The notes: generated by a model not told the origin, from the sequence alone. DNA of 64,000 nucleotides from Microthyrium microscopicum (GCA_010405405.1 MU004231.1:794153-858152), one strand, 5' to 3'. Shown: positions 1-14,163, numbered from the stretch's first letter. Numbers and translations: made by a program.

Positions 1-200
1 TACCGTTGTACAGAAATATCCAGGCACGCGGTCTTGATGCCAAACATGGAATAATAGTCGTAATCCGGACTGAATCATCGTGGAAACAGCCTCGCCCAAC
101 CAACCCTCCATTTTGATTAAGTTGGAGAAACTAGGTCTATGACCAGACCGATGAAGAGAGGCTTGAGAGGTCGACATGGCGGATGAAGAAGTCGATATCA

Positions 201-1421
201 TCAAGAACCAAAAAGCGAGAGGAAGCGGAGGGACGACTGCTTCAGATGTGGTGAGTTGAAGATTTGCCAAAGGTCGTCACTATTGCCATGGGGCGTGGTT
301 TTGTTGCAGTTGCTATCAGCCGTAGCTTGGATATTTGTCTGGATGTTGGTCGAGCTTGCAGAGGGTGCTCGCTGGATTGCGGTAGGTGCTGTATTGGGGA
401 CAACATCGGAAATGCTGCTGCCAGAAGTCGCAGTGCCTGCCGGTGGATGGACCTGGCTAGTACCTGTTGACGAGGCGGCAGGAATGCTCGCGTCAACATC
501 ATTGCTGCTTGTAAGGGTTACTGGATGTTGCAGAACGGGATAGGTACTAGCAGAATTGGGAACACTTACCCACTGGAGATGACTGAACCAGGCGCGGATC
601 ACAGGACTTGATGAGAAGCTGGGGAAATTGGTTCTCATCCACGTCTCGAAATCTTGAACGAGCGCTTGCAGCCGCCACTTGAGATAGGCCACGCTGAGTT
701 TCGCGAACCACTTCTTTGGTGGCTGTGGAAGCAACTTCCGTTCAGGAGTCTGCGAGTTCGACATCTCAACATCCTTTTGACAAGCGACATCTCTTAGAGG
801 AGAAGGGGCATTGTCCATATCCACATCACCCCCCAAGTCTTCGCGCTTGCATCTTTTCTCAGGAGAGAAATCTTCGCTGACTTCAAAGTCGGAATCCCGG
901 GAGCGCTTGCGAGGCGCGTCAGTCATTACTACTCGTTCCAGGTAGCCAGCCATCATCTTTGCACCACGCCGAGAAAGCTTGAGGCGGCTTGTTGTAGGGT
1001 TGGTTGTCGGCTGTTTGACTGGTTAGTTCGGAGCTGTTTAGAAAGAGCAAGGAGCAGTACCACGGCTTCCAGTTGGTCCGACTTATCAGACGCGCATTCC
1101 TTTCGCGGAGTCTCACTGTTTAACAGCTGATTAGAACGTTTCGCGGATTGCTTGTGGTATAGTCAAGTCTTACCTGCTCAATGACAGTTTGCTGATACCC
1201 ATGGTCAAAAGCTCAATGGGTCCACATGCTGGCAAGATCTCCCTGTTGAGCAGCTGGTTAGATATTGCCGCGGCCCGATGTGGCATGGTAGAATCTTACT
1301 TCTCTAGGGAAAGCTTGCTGATCGCTTCGGTCAACTTGTCGACGTCGCTTTGAAAGAAGCGCCGAGTGCCGCAGCATGGGAAGAAGAAGGCAGTGAAAGA
1401 GAAGCTGGGACTGAAATACAT
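201..1421 (-). CDS. Orphan protein of unknown function, probably 4 exons (1421-1300, 1242-1174, 1115-1061, 1010-201); Ser/Thr/Pro-rich with basic NLS-like patches
   Basis: The 251-aa ORF 201..956 extends upstream in frame through three 50-58-nt GT..CTAA[C/T]..AG introns to an ATG at 1421 (MYFSPSF...LTEAISKLSLEK / EILPACGPIELLTMGISKLSLS / ETPRKEC... / PTTNPTT...MMAGYLER). No family recognised; 3' end uncertain. Confidence 0.5.
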
Positions 1422-2951
1422 CTTGAAGCTGATGATGTTGATCGAAGGAGTAGTTTGAAGGAGATAGAATTGCTGTTTTGATGAACTCCGATGGATAGCT
1501 TGAAGGCTTGAAGGCTTGGACTATCAACGATGCTCAGAGCAGACTGGGAGGAAGAGGGAAGAGGTGAGGGAAATTCGAGAATCAAAAAAATTTAACGGCG
1601 TCAGTGGGCCGTCCCCTCCATCTACTCTGGGAAGGTACGGGTGAATGTCTCGTGGCTTCCATAAGGTGTAAGTGCCTCGTGGTTGCCAACTATAGACTGG
1701 CGAAGGGAGGTAGTCGCACCCGCGAGGGCACCTCATGAGAAGGCAGGTACGCCGATCGGCATTCAACATGGCAGGAACTACCTAGCAGATGGGGATTACT
1801 GTACTGAGCAGTTCCACCTCATCACAAGATGGAAGGCGCCATGGAGAAGAACTTAAAACACGATAGAGAGGGCCCGAATGGTTGATTAGATATATATGTA
1901 TATAGTCTCGCACAACTACAAGCTGAGACGGAGACTGTGAGTTTGAAATCAGGTTAGACCATGTCTGATTCGAAGTGCTGTAATAGTTATACCTTCTAGT
2001 GTGCTACGGTAGAATAAAAGCGACTATGTTTGCAATCAGTTGATAGTTTGATGGCCACAAACAACGCTCAACCCCAATCTTGTGGCAGTAATGTCAAATC
2101 GTGTTGTAGAACGACCGTGCATAGAATAGACAACAATCGGTGGCAGAGCGACTTGAGTACTCGTCCCACTGACTTCATGCTGAGTGTTGGAGTGAATACT
2201 GTCACTAAATATTCCGAGGTTTGAAAAGAAGCCTAGAGGATTTCAGAGACGAAACAAGTTGTGACATCACAAGAAATCAAAGCAGGAATGTGTAAGGCAA
2301 AATCTATGCCATTCAAAATATATAGCCGCTACCAAAAGGGTGCGCATTTATGTCCAGCGGAAGTCATCTCTCCGCCATCCGCATGCCTACCCTCCTAACT
2401 CATGTACACATATCACCTAGGCCTAATTGTACATCCTCCGCCGCGGATAAAAGCATTTGCGCATGTCTTGCATGCCTTGTGTACGTCTCCTAGTCGAGAT
2501 GTACATAGAATTGTCTTCAACCAAAGAACAGCTGCTCGCTACACCGGAGCGAAGACCACACACAGAAAGGAAGAGTGCTCCAGAACCCACTACAATGGGG
2601 CTTTATTGAAAAGAAATATCGTCTTGCGACGAGTCCCGAATCCAAAAAGAAAAGGAGAATCTCAAAAGGTCGTAATCATCCCAGGGCCGCCCGGAAAAAC
2701 AAAGAGGTATCTGAAGGAGGACTAAAACAAGTAAAGAACCATAAAGTCATACGACCAGTGATGTCGAGGTCGTTGGAAGAGCAACGTGAGCTATGGGCTC
2801 AGGCTTGCATTCATAAAATGCAGGTGGAAACGGGGATAGAATCATCCAAGATGAGTGTTGGTGGTGATGCTTTTGTTCGTAAGACCTTGAATCGCCGGTA
2901 CACCGCGCAAAATCGAGTTGACGTAATGTAAAGAATTAGAAATTAGGTGGC

Positions 2952-5900
2952 TTAATTGACTTGGAAGTCAAATTTGTCCTTTACACTACCGATGCTGTCT
3001 TTGCTGATGCTCTCTTTGGAAGAATGCCCATCTCGTTGGCTAAGAGATTCTGCGTCAGACTGAGAGAGGGTAGGTTGGTGCGAAGGCTGTTGTTGTACTA
3101 CTACGGGTTGGTAGTTTGGTGTATATGAGCTGTACCAATGAGTTTTAGGTTGTGCAACGGAGGCTTCGCGGGGCTCGAGGAGAAGACTGCGACGATAGTA
3201 ACTTTGAGTATTTGCCGAATCACTCTTTGAGACGCGATTGATCTGCATCTCCATCCATTCCTGTAGTTCAGGAACGGCGATGAGCCGGTAGGGTATTTGG
3301 AAACGCTGCACTTCACCAATCGTCTTGGCAATTTTCATGCATCGATCGAAGTTGATGACATATCGCTTGGGTTCAACGCCAGGGAGCTCGCGAGAAGCAG
3401 GATTACCAGCGTTGGTGAAAGTCAAGTCTGTGAGGTACATTCCAACGTAGGGAATGCAAGGGGCAACGTGATTCTTGAGGCGTTCACGAAGCACAGAATG
3501 ATTTCTTGAGCATTCGACAATCGCTGAAAGTTCTTCCAGGCGAGTCTTGGTCTTTTGAGAAATCAGTTCCCATGTTCGTTTTAGTCGTGTAACGACACTA
3601 GAATTGATTGAGCAGATTATGGCCATTAGAGTGTCGTAGTTTGCAAGTTCCAGACACTTCATGCCAATCTTGATCCACTGCTTGATCATAACAGCGCGTT
3701 TTTTGGGCTCCTCGAACTGTAAAATGCTCTCTGCGACCAAATTGGCCAAATCGGTAGCTAGAGTTGACATTGCCAACACATTGGCAACTCGCGACTCCGA
3801 TTTCTTGGTGTACTCAAAGTTTAGCAATTCCTCTGGGCCAATTGAGCAGTAAATCCTAGACTCGATGATCGTGAATTGTCGCGCCAGTTCCATGGGGTCG
3901 AAATCCAAAATAGAACACTGAGAAACTCCCATGCGAGCTTGGCGAAGAGCATTTAATTGACTTTTGCTCATGATAGGGCTTGGTATTTGGTTGTCTGCGG
4001 ACGAGAAGACACTGACAGAACTGCTTGTTCGACCAAGGGTCGACACAAGACGAGGTACCAGCGTTCCAGTTTGTTGTTCAGAAACTTTGGTAGTCAGCTC
4101 GAGAATCCGTTTGCCTGCTGATGGCAAGCTCAAAGTCAACTTTGTTTGCGCAAAGTCGGTGATGACTGGTAGCACATCCGCATCAGATTCGGGCTGCCAG
4201 TGTGTTTCAAGCCAGCCTTTGAAGACGTTGCTGATACGTAGCCGCACTGGGACACCAACATTGTGGCTGTCTCCAATATAGTCGAATCGATCGATTAGGC
4301 CTTGCGCGAAGTCCATAGGGGTGGTGAAGAGGCGGAAAGTTAGATAGAATGTAGTAGAGAATGTTGCATCTGGCGTTGAGTCATGTGCAGTTAGACGCTC
4401 AATCAAAGCAGACAAGGAGCCGCCGAGAACTTGACCGTCCTTGCTAGGAACTAACTCATGTGCAAAGGTAGTATCAAGCATCTGTTCTTCTCCGGTTTCT
4501 TCGCTCACGACAGACTGGAGTTCGGATACACTTCCAACGCTATTGGACATGAGAGAGTTATTTGGTTGGTGGGTGGGTGAACGATCCGGAGTGGTGGCCC
4601 GGGTAGAGGTATGCGAAACTATGCTCGCGCCATCTTGCATACTATTCCGCCAGGTGCTATTTGTATCGGCTGCAGATGCTGTTGAGGTATTGACACTATC
4701 GGTTCTAGGCATGCGCGAAAATTCTGATGGCTGAAGAGGAGGGCTTTGGAAAGAACTTGTTGGGCTGACATCTTGCTGAATACGTGGTAGGACTGAGATA
4801 GCTGGGGCAATCGAGGAGCCTGAGGATCGAGTTGGTGACTGTGTTGATGCCTGTGGTAAGGGAGCTTCAGCGATGCTTTCGGTGATTGGGAGGGGTGAGT
4901 GCTTTGGTGGTTCAGGAAGTGGTTTGGAATCGGTCTTGAGAGGCGGTAGTGGAGGTCGGGCGGTTGGTTCTGGAGGTCCATGTCCGGGCGCAACTGGTAG
5001 AGGCTTATCTACCAGTGAGAATGAGGCCCTAGTGGCTTCGCTGTCTGCAATTGACGCGGCTGTTGAAGCTACCGTTGATTCTGATGGAGAAGCTGATTGT
5101 GTTCGTGATAGAGCGCCAAATATTTGATCTGCGAGTCCAACTGACGACGATTCGAACTCAAAGTCCCCGATTCTTTCAATGGTATGTTTGGCCTTGCTAA
5201 CACAGTCGCCAGCTGCCAGAATACAATTGGTGGTGGTCATAACCAAGCGATTTCCCTGCTCTGGATCCAGTATGTCGTCGCCATTTTGGGCAGTAGCTAA
5301 CATATCTTTGGCCGTTTGAACCAAGTCTGCGAGCTTAGCATACATAACATCTCTTGCGGATTTGAGCGAATCTGTTCTGCGGCCGTCGCGTGCCCATATT
5401 TCTTCAACCACAGCAATAAGTTCCCTGCAGGCTATGACTGATTTATGAGTCGTGGCCGCAAGCTCGTGGGAGGAACGCGATTTAATGTGGAGACCAATGA
5501 AAGTTCCAAGTAGGCCCATAAACGAGTCGTGAGCTGCACTTAGGCGTTCCGAAGCAAGGTTGTGCTTCTGTGTACCCCCGCCACCCTTACCGATGTAGGA
5601 CAAACGGTGAGATACGGAGATCCGCTTCGTTGAGATCGATACTGGACGTGGTGCAGACTGGGATTGCGCCGACAAATCTTGACCAAAAGAACCCGATGGG
5701 CTGGCCAGTCCACCCTCGTTTTTCGTGAGGCTGTTGTCCACCTTCATTTCGGGCAGAGCAGGTTCACTGCTTTTAGTGAAGTGACTGTCTACAGAGACAG
5801 CGTGTGACGTACTGTCTTCATGCTGCTCAGCGCCTGCTGTTGACTGCTCATCAGTTGCATTGTCCACTGGAGGTGTCGGAGGCCTGTTAATGGAGGTCTG

Positions 5901-6921
5901 CGCGGACAGAGCCTTGTTGCTTTCACTGTCCACATCCTGGCTCCATATATCGTGAAACCTTACAGCCCGCTCAACAACTTTGAAAGCTTTGAGCACTAGC
6001 TCATCGAGCTGCTCAAATACTAAAGTTTGGGTAGTGTCCGATTGTACCGCTAGCTGCAGCTCTTTGGCGATCCGTACGAGCATGGAAAGGTCACTTAGGA
6101 GACCCTTGCGCAGTCTGCGCAAGCCTACATGGCTAAGAATAAGCGAGGAATCTCTGGATAAACATGATGTTTGTTCCTGCGTTACATTAGTATCAAGGCC
6201 CCATGTTGCGCAAAGTAGCTCAAATTCAACTTACCAAGAAAAACCGTACACCAGCAATCATGCCTTTGACGTAGTCCTGACGTGAGAACACAATGAGAGA
6301 TTCATGTTCAGGGCTCCGGACAAGATCCCAGAGATTTGTTAGAGAGTTGAGGAGAGTGCGAATCTCTGGCGGATCATAAGGTTCGCAATAATTGGTTGGG
6401 AGCCATCCTCGTGCTCCAGATGTTAGAAGCGAGCCGTCAGCCCAGCCATTTGGGTGTATTGAATGAACTAATATAACATCGCCTTGATTGATGGGAACTG
6501 TTATGGACGACTCATCTCCCGACGATGATACTGTTGATGATGGGTGAAAATGGTAGAAAGCTCGAAGGTAATGATGGAATGTTGTTTCGACTTGGGAATC
6601 GGTTTGAAACTCAGCGCGCGACTCGGTTTGCGATTCGGGTCGAGGTTCGTATTGTTCCTCAGGAAGCGCCTCCTTGGAAGTACGGGGTGTTAATGGCGGG
6701 GACATTTGTGATAAGTTGTTGGATGGACCTGTTATTCGTGTTGAACCAGAGGAGGTTTGCTGCGCATTAAGATAATCCCAGTGTGTTGTCAATTCAGCTC
6801 TTTTTGAGTATCCCTCCCCATGTGAATAACTTCTTGTTTCTGCTTCTCTTCTCGCTCCAGCACCAGTCGCAGTCCCAAACTCCGCTTTCGACTCTCCAAG
6901 ATAGTTTTGTATACCGTTCAT
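2952..6921 (-). CDS. Ras guanine-nucleotide exchange factor (SH3 + REM + CDC25 catalytic domain), Bud5/Cdc25-like; 2 main exons
   Basis: SH3 (YLRAFYHF...NQGDVILVHSIHPNGWADG...GWLPTNYC) in ORF 6226..6942; intron 6234-6177 (GTAAGT...CGCAG); REM (LSALIERLT...FYLTFRLFTTP) and CDC25 motifs (ELARQFTIIE, CLELANYDTLMAI, PCIPYVGMYLTDLTF, INFD) in ORF 2952..6122. Start codon is the first in-frame ATG, not verified. Confidence 0.9.
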
Positions 6922-9900
6922 GGTCCGAGCAAGACCATTCAAAAGTCTAATCCGATGAAAATGACGGACTGGTTAGAGTGGTCGCGCGCATTGGTTGAAA
7001 GCCTAGAATAAAAGACTGTTATTGAAAGAGACTGGAGAAGATGTATTTGACTTTCGTCTATTGCTGTGAGGCTAGGAGGCCAGTGGGGCTATCGAGTGTT
7101 TGGTTCTGGGAGTGTTAGCCTCCTTGATGCCAATGCACAGAATGCACCAGCACGTACCTGTTGTGGGGTCGAGGAATGGAGGGACAGACGCATTCCAATA
7201 TATCCAAATAGGAAGAGAGAAAAATGCCTGCAGGTGCTATTGACCAATGTTGAGATGATGGCGGCTATCAAAGCGGAAGTTGCTGGCCAGAGCAGAGAAG
7301 GCTATTTCCAAGACGGGAAGCAGCCAGAAACCAAAAATTATGCTCGTCAGAGTTGGACCACGTTTTTTCCCTGCGGGTCTTCAGTTAATGATGTCGCCCT
7401 TGAAACTATGCGAAGTTGTTTGTTTGCTCAAACGTCAAGCGTCGACAGTCAGAAACTGCGCGAGGGGTCCTTTGGCGAATCGCAAGGGTAGACCGAATCG
7501 AGATGTGCAAGAAGCTCGTGTTGACATCAACTGGTATTTTCCTTCTACGGGCCGTTGTTGCCACGGAACAGATGGTTCGATCGCGGATCCCAAGCAGAGG
7601 GATTATGATGCTGGGGCGCTGGGAAAGACAGTTCAACTGATATCTCGTGGAACCGTCGGCAGTGATCCGAGGGCAGCTGCAGTAATCACACAAACGAGTG
7701 TCCAGGTTTCGCCAGGTCGAGTCCAGTGTTTTTGTTTTGCAAAGAAAAGATGCAACGCCAATTCAAAGTCGATGCAAGTGTTGACCAGTCCGCAGCGATG
7801 GTTTCGGACAAGAGAGAGAAGTCCAAGGTAACAGAGCGGAATAGAAGCGAAAAGAGAATGCAATGCCAATGACTAGAGTAGTTTGGGTAAAGTCGTAGTT
7901 TACAGGTCGACAACCAGGAGCGCGTGCGGGCTGAGATTAGTGCAGGGGATTAGATTATTATCAAGGAGGTTTGGGAATCTGGGAGCAGGATGGCCGAGAA
8001 AGGCGTGAATAGTTGACCAATTCCAAGCTACGTACAAGCCAAAAGCTACTAAAAACTGATCCCCTCGACGGCACAGACGAGGCGGGCGACGGCTGTGTTG
8101 ATGGCGGCGTGCCACTGGGCGAGCTCGAGCAAGAGAGATCTGATGGTGGAGTACGCTCGGGGCCTTTTTGCTTGGGGCATCCTGGCTGACCCTCTAGTCG
8201 CCTGCCTCTCCATCCTGATCTCCTTCAAGGCCAAGGAAAATCTCCTATCAAGATACTGCCCGTTTGCTCTGACTGACGACAAAATATATCTTTGCCCATG
8301 CAATCCATTCTCTCACAATCAAGGCCATCAAGTCGCCACTCCCAAGAGACGAAAAGTTCTCAGAGAGAGATTCAAGCCTAGAAAACCGCCCACCTACTCC
8401 ACCACCCAGTTATCATTATTCTAGTCTGGCCTTGTACCAGTATTAATAATAGAGCTATCACCAAATACCTCCGTAATTCGGCTATTGGACCAATCATGGG
8501 TATTGACACATTCACACCTTGCTTGTTTGAGAAACTCCACGCTGCAAACGCCACTGACATTCTGCTGATCTGCTCCGCTCAACTGAATCGCTAGTTTGGA
8601 GTATCGCGTTTTCTTGCCTTCCATCATAGTTTGCCTTTTCCTCCTACTTGTTCATATAACGGTCGATTTCGAACCAGCAGTTTACAGATATGATTCAACC
8701 ATGTCCATGGTAATCTATCGTCGTGCAAACATCATCGTGCTAGTACAGCGGAATCAAAGTTTGGAACCTAAGAAAGCGCGTGTATGGGCCACGTTGCTCC
8801 CTAATTATTTATTGAAATTCACCGCATGGTACGCTACATACGGCTATTTGATTTCTCGGATCCGTTAGAAAAGGCGAAACCGCCGTCTTCCACGCGACAA
8901 GTCGTTTCCGATGCAATCGCTTCGGAGTCTGCCACCATTGACAATGGCCGAAAACTGTCAGCCAAGCGTTCAAAGGTATTGCTGAGGCGATGGTGATCTA
9001 AATTGTCTTCAGTCTTGAGTAAAGAATAGCCGATCGACTTGTATCATCGCAGACATGTTTTGTCTGCCCAGGCTTTACCAAGGACGTCCACAGTAGCGAC
9101 CGCATGACTCCCTCGCTCGTTTGCAAGGTTTTGTATATTTCGCGGAGAACCATGAAGTAAGCGATCGAAGCATACCGTATGTAAGTGCTCTACGCATACT
9201 CCATAACTGACATGAGTCAAGCTGTTACCATCGAGAGAGTTGTGATGTGTAGCTGCAAGAACTATACGATTCACTGCTATTATTTCCTTGACCAGAATCA
9301 TGTCGATCGAATCCTAGGTCCGCAAAATAGGTAGGTACGTAGTTGGAAGATCATCAAATTGTCCTGTAATTCCTGTTCGGGATGATGTTATCGCATGGAT
9401 TACGGAATATAACAGGTTATCACTTGCAAGCAAGTAGTGGTAACCCTTGTCAAAGAAGCGATGAAGATCTACATCAAGTCCTCCAAGTAATCACGTTTAA
9501 CTATTTTTATTCCACAGTCAACAACTTTGACATCAAATTGCTATTGAATGATAAAGGATACGGTTATGACCCATTTGTCTTCAGTTCTTACAATAACTCA
9601 CCAATTAACAGGTTGACTTAAACACAACATACTTGATCAATTAGAGAGATTTGTCGTTCCTCCAAATAGTAGCGCGGCTGAAGCCCGTGGGCTTGAATCT
9701 CAGGTTTCTGGAAATGAGCGCGAGGCTTGCATGACAATAATCTCGAAAAGGATTAGCTGACCCCTGAAGAAAATCACACCACAGATGGCTTGAGATGGCA
9801 CTGCCTCTTGGACATTTCCTTCAACATTTCTCAAAGCGCGCCAATATTTCTTATTCATACCTTTCTGATGGGTCAACTCCAAGATAAACTTCTCCATTAT

Positions 9901-10003
9901 CGTTCCCAGATCCCGGACCTGATTATGAAGATGCTTTTGTTGTGAGCGAATTGCATCACGCAGACCTCAAGCCCATTCTCGACCCCAAGCAAGGTATTCC
10001 TTA

Positions 10004-10073
10004 GTTGTACTTGGTACGCGTGTATTCATTCGTGTCATGTTGTACTTGGTACGCGTGTATTCATTCGTGTCAT
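10004..10073. repeat. Perfect 35-bp tandem duplication
   Basis: GTTGTACTTGGTACGCGTGTATTCATTCGTGTCAT at 10004-10038 and 10039-10073. Confidence 0.9.
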
Positions 10074-10149
10074 GAGTCCCAAATCTCCAAAGGTCAAGTA
10101 CAAATCTGTTTTGTTTGTATGATTGAAGCATCAATTGCAGTCTGAAGCG

Positions 10150-12897
10150 CAGGAGGAGTTTCCACTCCCCCCTTCCAGCGTCCCCCCGTATCCAGAGGCC
10201 CCCCCCGACCCCTAGAAGCCACGTCGGAGGGCTTAGAGCCCAAGCTTTTAGTAGCAACGCCACCAAAAGCCTAGATTCTAGCCTACTAACGTTAGTATAC
10301 TAATAAATCTACGCGGACGCAAAATCTAGTATCTAAAGCGTATTTAGAACGCGTTAGTAAAGTAAAGATAAAGAAGACTTATAGATTCTATAGTTTTATA
10401 AGTAATTACACCACTAGTTTAGTTTTAAAGAGCTAAAGGCAATATAAATAAGATATTAAGATTCCTAATAGTCTATTAGTTTACTAAAGTATTAATTTTG
10501 CCTTAAATTCTTTAAAAACACTACTCTAAGATAGCTAAAATATTAACATACCTAGTATTAAATTAAGTATTTAGAACTAAGGATAAAATATATACTACTT
10601 TAAGGAAGTATGCTATTTTAAAGCGCTTCTAATTAGGTATAATTAATACTAATAAGAAGAAGCATAAAATACGTTATAATTAGGCAAAAAGACATAACAA
10701 AGAGTATTCTTAATATACTAAAGCTATCTCGTAATTAAATAAGAATAGTAGAGTTATTTAGAGGATTAGTATTCTTAATTCTAATAATATTTATACCTAT
10801 TAAGGGCTTCTTCTACTATTATAAATAATAGAATTATAGGTAAAGACTATTACTAAAGCGTTAATAAAAGTAGAGAGTACTATTTCGCTAAGAACGCCTA
10901 TTTAAGACGTATAGAATATATTACTTTATTCTATTAGTTATAAACTAAGCGCGTATCAAATTAATAAGACTAAGAAGAAGATATTTAAGAGGTCTACTAA
11001 TAACTTCTTAAATTCTTATCTCTAGTTCTCTAACTATATTTAACGCTTAAAATAGGCTAATCCTAACGTATTTATAAGTATTAAATTTATAGTAAAGGAG
11101 TAGTATAGGCGCGTATTTATCTACCTACGCATTAGTAAAACTTTATAAGTAAATATACCTAGAATTATCTATTTAGACGCGTGCTATTACAAAGAAGACT
11201 ATAATTTATATCTTGCTATAGCTATAAGTATTAACGATAATAAAGAATTATTAATTTATACGTAGGTAGTATTTAAAAGTAAGTTAAATAAGTCTTAGAA
11301 GTAGTTCTATAGGTATTTAAATAAAGTAATACTAAGAATTAAGATAGGTAAGCAAAGAAATAAGAAATATTTCTATTTACCTAAAGATCTTCCTATTAGC
11401 TTATTAGCTAGAATATTAAATATTCTAGCACTTAGTAGCCTTAGCATACCCTATTAAACGCGTTAAATATTATAATATTATAATCTTATAGTACTTCCTA
11501 TATCTTTATATCTTTTTACTTTATCTAATTTACTCTATTTTTAGTACTTCATTCTATAATTCTTTTAGATTATAATAAAGGTCTTTAAAATACTATTCTT
11601 AAGGTATTTATAAATATAAATTCTAAGTAGTATATATAGCACTTATCTAAGAACGTTACTAAAAAACACTATTTAATAGCTATAAGTAAACACGTGCTTT
11701 AATACATTAGCTATACCTCCTAAAATTAGTTTAACTTCTTTCTTTATTAAGATTATATTACCTTTAACGCTAAATATATTAAGACTATCTATTTCTATTC
11801 TCCTAAATAATAGGTTCTTAAAGATTTTAAGAGTCTATAATATAGCGCGATAACTTTAAACTATATTAAATCTACTAATGCTACTATACTTTCTATAAGA
11901 GAGAATTATCCTCTTTTTATACTTAATACTATTTAGAACTACGTTATATAAAAGTATATAGATTAATCTTATGCTATTACTATTACCCTTAAACGTTTAT
12001 CTCTCTATTACTTAATTTTATATATATTCTTTACTTTATACGCATAAAATATACTTTAAGAATATCTTAAGTTAAATAGGGCTTAATTCCTATTATATAT
12101 AGTTAATTCCTAGGGTAGTATTAATAGTAACATCTTTAGAGCTTTAGTAGTTATTTAAATACATAGTAAGAACTAGTAGAATATAAAGGACTATAAATTA
12201 AGTCTTTATACTTAATCTTATAGCTATTTACGCTAGTAGGATAAGTTATTTCTCTACTTATATGCTATTACTATAATCTAATATTTACGTAGAGATCCTA
12301 TAGAGTTTATAAATTAAATCTACTTCCTTTAGACTATTAAGAAGTACTATCTTAACTTTAAAGAAGGTAAAGACAATATAATTAATTACACTATAAGTCC
12401 TATCTTTATTTTTAACCTTAAATTTAACCCTAATCCCTTTCTTCTACCACTAGAAACCCTTAAAATTAAGACTTAGGGGCTAAAATAGAAGAAAAGGAAG
12501 CTTATTAGAGGTAAATACACTAATCTAAAGAACGTAAACCAAAAGTATAGTTCTTATAATAAATTAGGATATAATTCTTATATTTATAGAATTTAGTAAT
12601 TATATATAGTTTAGCAAATAAAGTTAGCTATCTTTAACTCCCTTATTTATAGAAATTAATATATTTTAATACTAAATCTAAGGTTATAATATAATCCTAA
12701 AGGATCTATATCCCTTCTAAAAAAGCCCTCTAGATTAGCATCTAATTTAATGCTAACTAATAGCGCTATTACTATAGCTAGCTTTTATATAGCGTCTCTA
12801 CACAAAAGATGGCTACAGCCATGGCGCGTCAGGATCCCTAAAGGGGGGTCTCTAGTACGGGGGGGCCTCTAGAAGGGGGGAGTGGAAACTTCTCCTG
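10150..12897 (+). mobile_element. Mutator-like (MULE) DNA transposon, RIP-inactivated, with TIRs and 10-bp TSD
   Basis: TIRs CAGGAGGAGTTTCCACTCCCCCCTT... / ...AAGGGGGGAGTGGAAACTTCTCCTG; identical flanking GTCTGAAGCG at 10140-10149 and 12898-12907. The AT-rich interior reads as a stop-ridden MULE transposase: IIYLDACYYK...INDNKEL...S*K*F (11161-11310), LDYNKGL*NTI...YI*HLSKNV (~11565-11660), SWIM remnant (~12190-12270), zinc-knuckle remnant KYSSYNKLGYNSYIY (~12543-12590). Confidence 0.92.
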
Positions 12898-14163
12898 GTC
12901 TGAAGCGTGAAAACCCGCGTCAATATGGCCGATATCCACAAAAACCGACCCAGTCCTGTTCACCCCACGAATAAAAGCGCCAAATCACGGGCTCTCGGAG
13001 ATTTATCTTATCCAGGTTTGACTCTTGAGTCTCTCTCCATCTTGGCGCGTTCTTCCTTCACAATTCCATCAACCAGTGAGAGGGTCAGTCTGTCCGAGAG
13101 GACCAAGGCATCGTTCAAAAGAGAAGAGGAGCAACACCATTATTGGGGAAAACGTGTATGAATTTTCAGATTGCCCAATCAAACCACTCAAGCAGGCAAA
13201 GCAGGCATAAAATGTCTTTTGATATCAATAAAGTATACGCGCCTGTATCTTGTGATCTCGTCGATCGAGAGCATAGTGCGTCTCGACTCTCAATGTCACT
13301 AAGGTACTGAACACGATCACTCTATTTAGCCAATAATATGGCATCTACACGTCTATCTGGCTATGCTCCGTAGTTATCACGCGTCAATCGAGGGTTTTGT
13401 TGATATAACACTAGTAATTACAGCCCTGGCGCTGGCGATAAGCGTTCAACATGGCCAGGTTTATTAAAATATAGACACCGAATCATGAATCATTTGAGTA
13501 CGCCTCGAGTTAATCGTGTTAATGAGGAATCTGTTTGAATTCGGTAGGTATTTTTGAGTGCTTCAGTGCAGCAAGCGTTCACTAGACTCTACTCTAGAGA
13601 CCGCAAAATCCAAAAGAGCTGCTAATCCATGCCATATCATGCAATATCTTCTAAAAATGCAGGCATCAAGTTCCGGCTTCTTGGTCGATTTCACACACTA
13701 TGGTTTGCCTGAAATAACGGAGCCAATGATAAAGAGCATATCGTTCACCCTTTCAAGAGTGACGAGGCTGCGATTCTGCAATATGCTACCCCTGAACTTT
13801 GAAGTACAAGTAGCCACTGGTGATACTGCTAATCCGTAAGCAGTATCTCTTTGCCTCAGTGCAGATCTTGAACTTATGCTTCGTAGCCTAGTAGGATCGT
13901 TAAGTCGATGTGATATTGATTCTTGAATCCTCCGCGATGAGCTGTTGAGTGTTGACCTGCCCGCATCCTTCCGAAGAATCCAGATATATTGTGCAATAAT
14001 GCCTTTCTCCAAATCCTCATCAGCATTGGTCAAAGAGTTCATCGCACTGACCAAAGGATCAGGCTAATTGTAGCCTTCCCTGTTCCCCGGTGACCCTGAT
14101 CCCAGCCAACTTCTCGCTGGGACCACCGCGTCCTTTGCCGCCCGCTGAGGCGATGATTTCGGA

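Noticed and set aside
7066..9990. Short overlapping ORFs upstream of the Ras GEF
   Set aside because: No recognisable domains or consistent exon structure; likely UTR/intergenic DNA or unidentifiable gene debris.
12907..14100. ORFs between the two MULEs (e.g. 13698..14054)
   Set aside because: No motif recognised; cannot show they belong to an interrupted host gene.
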